A DNA stretch of 64,000 bases from an uncultured virus (IMG/VR IMGVR_UViG_3300027608_000026) (Duplodnaviria > Heunggongvirae > Uroviricota > Caudoviricetes), in the IMG/VR virus record IMGVR_UViG_3300027608_000026; one strand, given 5' to 3'. Below, one piece after another: positions 57,673-64,000 of the stretch (positions are counted from its first letter, which is position 1; the number at the start of each line of letters is the position of its first letter). The notes beneath the pieces are model-generated. The model had not been told where the DNA came from. It was given only the letters and a program-made list of their open reading frames with translations, and did no database searches. A program made the position numbers and the translations under genes.

Positions 57673-58408
57673 ATTGTTTGAAGGTCTAAGGTCTGGAGAT
57701 CTCGTTGATATGGTTTCTCCTACGTTTAGTCTTGATCAATTTAAAAGTAAAATGGGCAAAGACAAAGATGTAGTTGTCATGTCTTTTAAAGTTAAAGAAA
57801 AATTACCTGCAACCGACCTAATGGAATTTATTGAAAAAGGTTATCAGTTTGCATTAGATGCTGATATGAGTACAGGCGAAGAACGCGACGGACAGTATAG
57901 CGTGTTTGTTGAACTTGAAAGAACTCAAGATGTACCTAGACAGATTATGGAAATACTTAACGGAGTAGGATTATTGTGTGATTGTAAAGAGTGGAATTTT
58001 AGATATTTCAAAGATATGAATTTATACGATGCCACCGAACATGCTCTTTCAGAACAACTACCATTAACTGAAGTTGACTACTCTAATAAAATGTTAACTT
58101 TAAAACAGGAAAAAGTTACCGAGTTTTTTAATCAAGGTGCTATTGATAGCGCAGATATAGATGAAGCAAATAACTTAGCAATTCACAAACCGTATGCAGA
58201 AACTTTAAATCTTAAACTACTAGCACTAGGTGAATATAATACAATTAAAGAAAGTATACAGGGCGGTATACAATTAGATGATAACAGTAGAAATCAAACT
58301 GTCTATCTTGAAAAATATTTAGGAAATTACGAAATCCATAAACTAGATAATAAGTTTCTAATTAAGAACGGAGATAATGCAATCATAGTGCAAAAGGAAG
58401 GTTGGTAA
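57635..58408 (+). CDS. Hypothetical phage protein
   Basis: ORF track; start uncertain. Confidence 0.65.
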   Translation: MIPQHKNQHSKPKLFEGLRSGDLVDMVSPTFSLDQFKSKMGKDKDVVVMSFKVKEKLPATDLMEFIEKGYQFALDADMSTGEERDGQYSVFVELERTQDVPRQIMEILNGVGLLCDCKEWNFRYFKDMNLYDATEHALSEQLPLTEVDYSNKMLTLKQEKVTEFFNQGAIDSADIDEANNLAIHKPYAETLNLKLLALGEYNTIKESIQGGIQLDDNSRNQTVYLEKYLGNYEIHKLDNKFLIKNGDNAIIVQKEGW

Positions 58409-58409
58409 A

Positions 58410-58910
58410 ATGTGGATGTTGCATTTTATTCCAGATAGCTTGCTACTCTGGGTAATACATGGTATGCTGATTGCTGGGGTAGTGGGATTTCTACTATCCT
58501 TTTTTCTTTTGAATCGCTTATTGCGTTGGTTCCCACAACTTGCACCAATACATTTATTACTACAAATATTAAGCATAGTATTACTTGTCGGCGGGGTATA
58601 TTTTAAAGGTGGATACAGCACCGAAGCAGAATGGAGAGCTCGAGTTGCAGAAATGGAACAAAAGATCGCAGAAGCTGAAGCAAAGAGTCAACAAACTAAT
58701 ACAGTAATTAAAACTAAAATAGTTAACAAAATTAAAACAGTTAAAGAATATCAAATAGTATATCAAGATAGAATAAAAGAAGTTGAGAAAATAATTGATG
58801 CAGAATGCAAGGTTGCCCCCGAAGCAATTATAATACTTAATGATGCGGCAAGATTAAGAAAAGGCACAGTTATAGTAAGTCCAGTAACCTCAGTAGAGGT
58901 CAACAAATGA
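58410..58910 (+). CDS. i-spanin-like (Rz) protein
   Basis: N-terminal TMs, coiled coil, Cys; followed by a lipoprotein. Confidence 0.6.
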   Translation: MWMLHFIPDSLLLWVIHGMLIAGVVGFLLSFFLLNRLLRWFPQLAPIHLLLQILSIVLLVGGVYFKGGYSTEAEWRARVAEMEQKIAEAEAKSQQTNTVIKTKIVNKIKTVKEYQIVYQDRIKEVEKIIDAECKVAPEAIIILNDAARLRKGTVIVSPVTSVEVNK

Positions 58911-59191
58911 AATTAATTAAATTATTTGTCCTTGTAATTTTTATCATACTTGCATTTTTAATTACAGGATGTTCTTCAACAGCGCCTGTAAAAAGAAACT
59001 TTCCTAGCGTACCTGAAGAACTATTGGTATCCTGCCCAGAATTAAAAGAAGTACCCGAAACAGTTAAATTAAGCGAAGTAATTAGTGTAGTGGTTGATAA
59101 TTATGGACAGTATCATCAATGTGCAATTAAATCCGAAGGATGGATTGAATGGTACAAATCACAAAAAGAAATATTTGAAAGTGTAAAATGA
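58907..59191 (+). CDS. o-spanin-like (Rz1) lipoprotein
   Basis: Lipobox ITGC, Pro-rich, C..NY..Y..C. Confidence 0.65.
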   Translation: MKLIKLFVLVIFIILAFLITGCSSTAPVKRNFPSVPEELLVSCPELKEVPETVKLSEVISVVVDNYGQYHQCAIKSEGWIEWYKSQKEIFESVK

Positions 59192-59601
59192 AAAAATTAA
59201 TATTATTGTCATTGATAGTAACACTAACTGGATGTGCATCTTTTGCAGATTTAAAAGAAGCATACCTAATGAAATACGATAGTAACGAATATTATCAAAT
59301 ATCAGACATTAGAACTAGTGCTTACTATGCCAAACAGAATTGTAGCAACCATGACGAATCAAAACAGCAGGCGGGAATTATTTCTAAAAAGACATTAGCA
59401 TTTAAAAACTTTGTAGAACATTTACCTAATAATAGTAAAGTTATTACAGCGTCAGTTAATCTTGACGGTATTGCACAAGGGCTAAAAGATCAATATCAAA
59501 AAAATGATAAAGTAAGTGCTGTATTTTGTAAAATTAAGTTTGAATCTATAGAAACATCTGCAGAAACAATGCAAAGAACAATAGGAGCTAAACCCAAATG
59601 A
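59188..59601 (+). CDS. Lipoprotein
   Basis: Lipobox LTGC. Confidence 0.65.
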   Translation: MKKLILLSLIVTLTGCASFADLKEAYLMKYDSNEYYQISDIRTSAYYAKQNCSNHDESKQQAGIISKKTLAFKNFVEHLPNNSKVITASVNLDGIAQGLKDQYQKNDKVSAVFCKIKFESIETSAETMQRTIGAKPK

Positions 59602-59852
59602 GTATAGAGTATCATCAAAGTCTGTTATCAGGTATACAAAGCCACGATCCTGAGTTTATGCAGGCTGCACAATCTATAAATGAATTAACCGAAATGTGTA
59701 AAGAAGGAAATGTAAGTCCTCAAGAATATGCAGAGTTACTAAGAGACATCCAACGAAAGATTAATATTAAACAAAGTATGTCTGAATTAGAAAACTTATC
59801 AAAATTAAATACCGCTATAAATGGATTAATATCTATTGCCGGTGCTGTCTAA
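59598..59852 (+). CDS. Hypothetical protein
   Basis: Coupled ORF. Confidence 0.55.
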   Translation: MSIEYHQSLLSGIQSHDPEFMQAAQSINELTEMCKEGNVSPQEYAELLRDIQRKINIKQSMSELENLSKLNTAINGLISIAGAV

Positions 59853-59971
59853 GAAAAATTATGCATATTGAAGAATGTCCGCTATGCGGCGGCAAACACC
59901 CTAAGAAGTAAACTACCAACTTAATCTTAAAAAGTCATCCATTAAATACTAACAGAAACAGGAGGTTTTTA

Positions 59972-60595
59972 ATGTCTGACTTTATTCTATCTAAAGCTCA
60001 ATTAGCAGAAATCATCAAGGGAAATCCTTACATCGATCACTGGCATGGGGCTTTAGCACAAGCATTACCCGATTACGATATTAACACGCCAGAGAGAGTT
60101 GCGGCTTTTATGGCGCAAACTGCTCACGAGAGTGGCGAATACAGAGCAATTAAAGAAAACTTAAATTACAGGGCCGCAAGCCTACGTAAAGTTTTTCCTA
60201 AATATTTCCCAACAGACGAGCTAGCTGCCGCATACGCACAAAAGCCAGAAAAGATTGCTAACAGAGTCTATGCCAACAGAATGGGAAATGGTCCAGAGGA
60301 GTCCGGTGACGGTTATCGTTACTGCGGAAGAGGATTAATACAACTAACTGGAAAAAACAACTATCAAGCATTTGCAGATAGCATTGAAATTACTCCAGAA
60401 GAAGTTTCAGAATTCTTAGCAACATTCGAAGGTGCTGTACAAAGCGCCTGCTGGTTCTGGGAAGCAAACAATCTTAACCAATGGGCAGACAAAGGTGATA
60501 TCGTAACATTGACCAAGCGTATCAACGGCGGTACCATTGGCCTTGAAGATCGTATTAAACATTATAATCATGTATTACATGTATTAGGAGTATAA
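59972..60595 (+). CDS. GH19 family endolysin
   Basis: AAFMAQTAHES, ENLNY, GRGLIQLTG..NY, WFW, INGG..GL.DR. Confidence 0.92.
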   Translation: MSDFILSKAQLAEIIKGNPYIDHWHGALAQALPDYDINTPERVAAFMAQTAHESGEYRAIKENLNYRAASLRKVFPKYFPTDELAAAYAQKPEKIANRVYANRMGNGPEESGDGYRYCGRGLIQLTGKNNYQAFADSIEITPEEVSEFLATFEGAVQSACWFWEANNLNQWADKGDIVTLTKRINGGTIGLEDRIKHYNHVLHVLGV

Positions 60596-60597
60596 AC

Positions 60598-60741
60598 ATG
60601 TTAGAAACATTATTTTGGATTTTTGTTGGAGCATTTGTTGGATGGAATTTTCCTCAACCCGACTTTGCAAGGAACATACAAACCAAGTACTTACAAAAGT
60701 ACATTGACAAGTTAAAAGTTATTTTATTTTTCTGGAAGTAA
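60598..60741 (+). CDS. Small membrane protein (47 aa)
   Basis: SD AGGAG; MLETLFWIFVGAFVGWNFPQP.. Confidence 0.6.
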   Translation: MLETLFWIFVGAFVGWNFPQPDFARNIQTKYLQKYIDKLKVILFFWK

Positions 60742-60751
60742 GGAGTAAACA

Positions 60752-61315
60752 ATGTCAATGATTGATTCAATATTAAACTTAGTTACAAAACAACCTAAAG
60801 ATGCAGATGCAGTCAAGCATCCAGTAGGTTCACGTTCAGAGCGTGAAGCCAAAATCAAAGACAAAGCAGGTATGGTTATCTCCATCTTTGCTTTGTTGTT
60901 GGCAGTGAATGCCTGGTACGGCGGCAAGTTAGGTAGCACAGTATTAAACAATACACTAGGTGCTAACAACACATGGGCACAGTATCAAGCCAAAGCAGGT
61001 CGAGGTGTTACCTACGAAATTGCGGCAAAGACCTCAACTGATCCAAAACTAAGAGCAGAATTCCAAGCTGAGAAAGAACGCATGGATGTAGACAAGAAAG
61101 AACTTGCTGTTAAAGCAAAAGAACTAGAAGCAGTTCGTGAAGAAGCCAAGAAGTCTAGCCCATGGATTGGTTATGCATCGACTGCTTATCAACTAGCAAT
61201 CGTTGTTCTATCAGCAAGTATTTTAGCAGTTAGCATGGCCATGTTCTGGGGAAGTTTTGTAGTAGCAGGATTTGGATTGTTATTGAGTCTTAACGGTCTG
61301 TACCTCTGGTTCTAA
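60752..61315 (+). CDS. DUF4337-like membrane protein
   Basis: WAQYQAK, QLAIVVLSASIL, TM segments. Confidence 0.65.
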   Translation: MSMIDSILNLVTKQPKDADAVKHPVGSRSEREAKIKDKAGMVISIFALLLAVNAWYGGKLGSTVLNNTLGANNTWAQYQAKAGRGVTYEIAAKTSTDPKLRAEFQAEKERMDVDKKELAVKAKELEAVREEAKKSSPWIGYASTAYQLAIVVLSASILAVSMAMFWGSFVVAGFGLLLSLNGLYLWF

Positions 61316-61328
61316 AGGAGCTAGCGGT

Positions 61329-61943
61329 GTGGACCCAATTACAATAGGACTTGCATTTACGGCCGCACAATCTGCTGTAAGTTATATTAAACAAGCCGTT
61401 GCACTGGGCAAAGACATCAATAGTCTTGCAGGACAATTTAGTAAGTTTTTTGAAAGTTCAGATGCTATTCATCGTGAGCGATCAAAGGTAAAAGCCAAGG
61501 CGCAACGTCTTGGTAAAACTGATGCCGAGCTAGGGCATGAAGCTCTGCAGATTGCCATGCACAGTGATGCTCTAAGACAAGCAGAGCGTGATCTTAAAGA
61601 TATGATTCTCTGGCAGTTAGGCAAGCCACAGATTTGGGAACAGATGATTGCCGAGCGTACCAGACTATTTAAAGAACGTGCAGAAGCGGAGCGTGAAGAA
61701 GCGGAACGCCAACTAGCGCATAAGAAGAAAATGGCAGACATGTTTATTTTTGGTATGTATTTTATTGCAGGTGCAGTTATTTTATTTGCAGTTGCTATGG
61801 GTGGTGTTGGCGTATACGGAGCCATGGAAGAAAAAAGAATATATGAACAAAAGGTAGCAACTCGCAACGCACTTATCCGGCAGCAACAAAAAGAACGCGA
61901 AGCTCGTGAAAAGAAAGAACGAGAAGACTACGCTAAAAATTAA
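61329..61943 (+). CDS. Membrane coiled-coil protein, paralog of 62226-63008
   Basis: MDPITI..AV; ALQ; single TM. Confidence 0.6.
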   Translation: MDPITIGLAFTAAQSAVSYIKQAVALGKDINSLAGQFSKFFESSDAIHRERSKVKAKAQRLGKTDAELGHEALQIAMHSDALRQAERDLKDMILWQLGKPQIWEQMIAERTRLFKERAEAEREEAERQLAHKKKMADMFIFGMYFIAGAVILFAVAMGGVGVYGAMEEKRIYEQKVATRNALIRQQQKEREAREKKEREDYAKN

Positions 61944-62225
61944 AGGATAAGTCATGTACTTCAACATAATCATCACCACAAATGACCTAATATTCTTTTT
62001 ATCTATGATACCTTTATTAATGGTGTTTGGAGTCATGTTTAAAGATTGGTACAATGACAAGGACAGATATTAACACACTATGTTTGAATGGATCTTAATA
62101 TTTGCACTAGCCAAAGAACCAGATGTTAAAAAATGGCCCGAGTGGGAGTGTGTGCGATGGACATGGACCGGGGACGTTTATAATCGCACAGTGATATGTT
62201 TAGAATGGCGTAAGAGGACAAACAG

Positions 62226-63008
62226 ATGGATCCCTTAACACTCTTTGCGTTAGCTAACGGAGCAGTCTCCGCAGTTAAGGCTGGGTGTAAACTCTATAAA
62301 GATATCAAGGGTGCAGCCGGTGATGTCAAAGATGTATTAAAAGACATCGATGCACAGTTCCAAAAACTTCACCCTCCTGAAAAACCAGCCACAGTAGAGC
62401 AACGTAATCAATACATTCGTACAAAAAACGAAGTTGTCGAGTTAAACAAAAAGGCTAACTCGGGCGAGCATACCGGTGTTTACACAGAGATTGGTAATCA
62501 TCTTGGCGCATATTACGATAACTTAAACAAATGCATGGCAATTTTTGCTGAAGAAGAACGCCGTAGTAAAACACAATTATATACAGGAGATGATAGTCTA
62601 GGTAAACGTGCGCTACAACGTGTTCTAATGCGTAAGCAATTAGAACAAATGGGTACTGAATTACGTGAGATAATGGTGTATCAAAGCCCTAAAGAATTGG
62701 GTGCGCTTTATACAGAAGTAGAAGAAATGATGCGTGAAATGGGTAAAGAACAAAAAGTTCTCATCATCAAACAAATGAAAATTCAAGAGGTACAGGATCG
62801 TAGACGTGCGGCCCGTATGAAACAGCTGAGAGAAGAGTTGATCATCGGTGTAGCGATTATAATAATAATATTTGTTATGGGCGGAGTGTTCATGTGGGTA
62901 GCATACGATAGACAACAAAAATACCCACAATACGGTGACGGATTATTCCCTAAAAGCGAAGAAAAACGCCGAGCTGAAGCTGAACCCAAGATATATGTTG
63001 GACGATAA
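62226..63008 (+). CDS. Membrane coiled-coil protein, paralog of 61329-61943
   Basis: MDPLTL..AV; ALQ; single TM. Confidence 0.6.
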   Translation: MDPLTLFALANGAVSAVKAGCKLYKDIKGAAGDVKDVLKDIDAQFQKLHPPEKPATVEQRNQYIRTKNEVVELNKKANSGEHTGVYTEIGNHLGAYYDNLNKCMAIFAEEERRSKTQLYTGDDSLGKRALQRVLMRKQLEQMGTELREIMVYQSPKELGALYTEVEEMMREMGKEQKVLIIKQMKIQEVQDRRRAARMKQLREELIIGVAIIIIIFVMGGVFMWVAYDRQQKYPQYGDGLFPKSEEKRRAEAEPKIYVGR

Positions 63009-63035
63009 TAAATAATTGCACACTAGGAGCGAAAT

Positions 63036-63578
63036 ATGGCAGAAGAAGTTAAAAGCGAGAGCGAACAGAAAAAAGAAGATTGGATGAATTCAAAATGGCG
63101 TCCAATGATGGGCTGGATGTATATGTTGGTTTGTACTACGGATTTTGTAGTATTTCCTATATTATGGAGCCTGTTACAATCCATAAGTCATGGCGCAGTA
63201 AATGTACAATGGCAACCAATAACATTACAGGGAGCAGGATTATTCCATATTGCTATGGGTGCCGTTATTGGTATCAGTGCATACGGTCGAACTCAAGAAA
63301 AATTAAGTGGAGCAAACAATGGCGGACTTACCTTACCAACAGGCGGCACAACATATACTCCGCCAGCACCAATTGCAGGCGCCGGATTTGGCGGCGGCAC
63401 AACACCTCCGGCAAGTAGCGTTAGCGGAGGCAGCTTTGGAAGCTCATCTACAGCGCCAACAGGCTTTAATAGTGGTTCAGGATTTGGAGCACCAGCGCCT
63501 ACAACATCGACCCCCTCAGTAACAAGCGGATTTGGAGGCAAACCTGCTCCAGCTCCACAAGTAGATCCAGTACTATAA
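63036..63578 (+). CDS. Holin-like (3TM family) protein with Gly/Pro-rich tail
   Basis: WRP.MGW.Y, GR..EK. Confidence 0.65.
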   Translation: MAEEVKSESEQKKEDWMNSKWRPMMGWMYMLVCTTDFVVFPILWSLLQSISHGAVNVQWQPITLQGAGLFHIAMGAVIGISAYGRTQEKLSGANNGGLTLPTGGTTYTPPAPIAGAGFGGGTTPPASSVSGGSFGSSSTAPTGFNSGSGFGAPAPTTSTPSVTSGFGGKPAPAPQVDPVL

Positions 63579-63587
63579 GGAAAACAA

Positions 63588-63791
63588 ATGAAAAAATTAT
63601 TAGCATTATTACTTGTTGGATTTTTGACAACCAATGTGTATGCAGGTGGTGAAACCAAAGAAGTATGTCATGACAAATTAGATAAGGCCGGCAAGCCTGT
63701 CAAAAATAAAGACGGTTCCGTAAAACAGGACTGCAAGAAGATTAAAGTTCATAAAAAATTAGAAGGTACAAAAGTACCAGAAAAGAAATAA
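63588..63791 (+). CDS. Small exported protein
   Basis: Signal peptide, two Cys, Lys-rich. Confidence 0.6.
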   Translation: MKKLLALLLVGFLTTNVYAGGETKEVCHDKLDKAGKPVKNKDGSVKQDCKKIKVHKKLEGTKVPEKK

Positions 63792-63853
63792 AAACTTGAC
63801 TCCCAGGGGAAGGTATAGTATAATTAATTGTACTATACCTTTTTTCAATTATT

Positions 63854-64000
63854 ATGCTAACAGACCATTACTCAACACTAGGCGTCCAAAAAGACGCTTC
63901 ATACGAAGATATAAAAAAAGCCTATCGAAAGTTGGCTGGGCAACATCATCCCGATAAAGGTGGTGATGGCGAAATATTTAAAAATGTGCAAATTGCATAC
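63854..64000 (+). CDS. dnaJ: J-domain protein (partial)
   Basis: [25 protein letters not shown]. Confidence 0.85.
   Translation, partial: MLTDHYSTLGVQKDASYEDIKKAYRKLAGQHHPDKGGDGEIFKNVQIAY

Noticed and set aside
1..64000. CRISPR array
   Set aside because: No regularly spaced identical repeats with unique spacers; the repeats found are paired RNA helices separated by tRNAs.
1..64000. Stop-codon recoding or suppressor tRNA
   Set aside because: Long genes are intact in the standard code and I found no CTA, TTA or TCA anticodon.
1..64000. Bacterial chromosome origin
   Set aside because: RFC-type clamp loader, lysis and virion genes, orphan single pathway genes and dense hypothetical ORFs fit a large phage; no capsid or terminase is in the window, so this remains inference.

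Overview
This AT-rich, almost entirely + strand window looks like part of a large (jumbo-type) tailed-phage genome. It uses the standard genetic code, and the PqqA, RpoZ and tmRNA tag sequences suggest a betaproteobacterial host (inference). Layout: (1) 1-5.1 kb, a sugar-modification cluster with a RuBisCO-like protein. (2) 5.2-20 kb, a tRNA array; the window holds 39 recognisable tRNAs (one at 31.7 kb) covering all 20 amino acids, plus one aberrant tRNA-like gene, interleaved with unannotated structured RNAs and metabolic genes. (3) 21.4 kb, a circularly permuted two-piece tmRNA. (4) 22.5-44 kb, auxiliary genes: a plcP/agt-like pair, an OM beta-barrel, pqqA, clpP, a PBP7-like peptidase, queD, a dfrB-like DHFR, uvsE and sufC/sufD-like genes. 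(5) 44.5-64 kb, virion, replication, phoH and lysis genes. The best candidate for an undescribed system is a tRNA-surveillance module. A 48-codon leader ORF uses all 20 amino acids and 38 distinct codons, and its stop codon lies inside an antiterminator hairpin that competes with a terminator just upstream of the tRNA array. The array also holds a repeated RNA scaffold displaying anticodon stem-loops and permuted tRNA mimics, possibly decoys. All calls were made by eye; no searches or folding programs were run.
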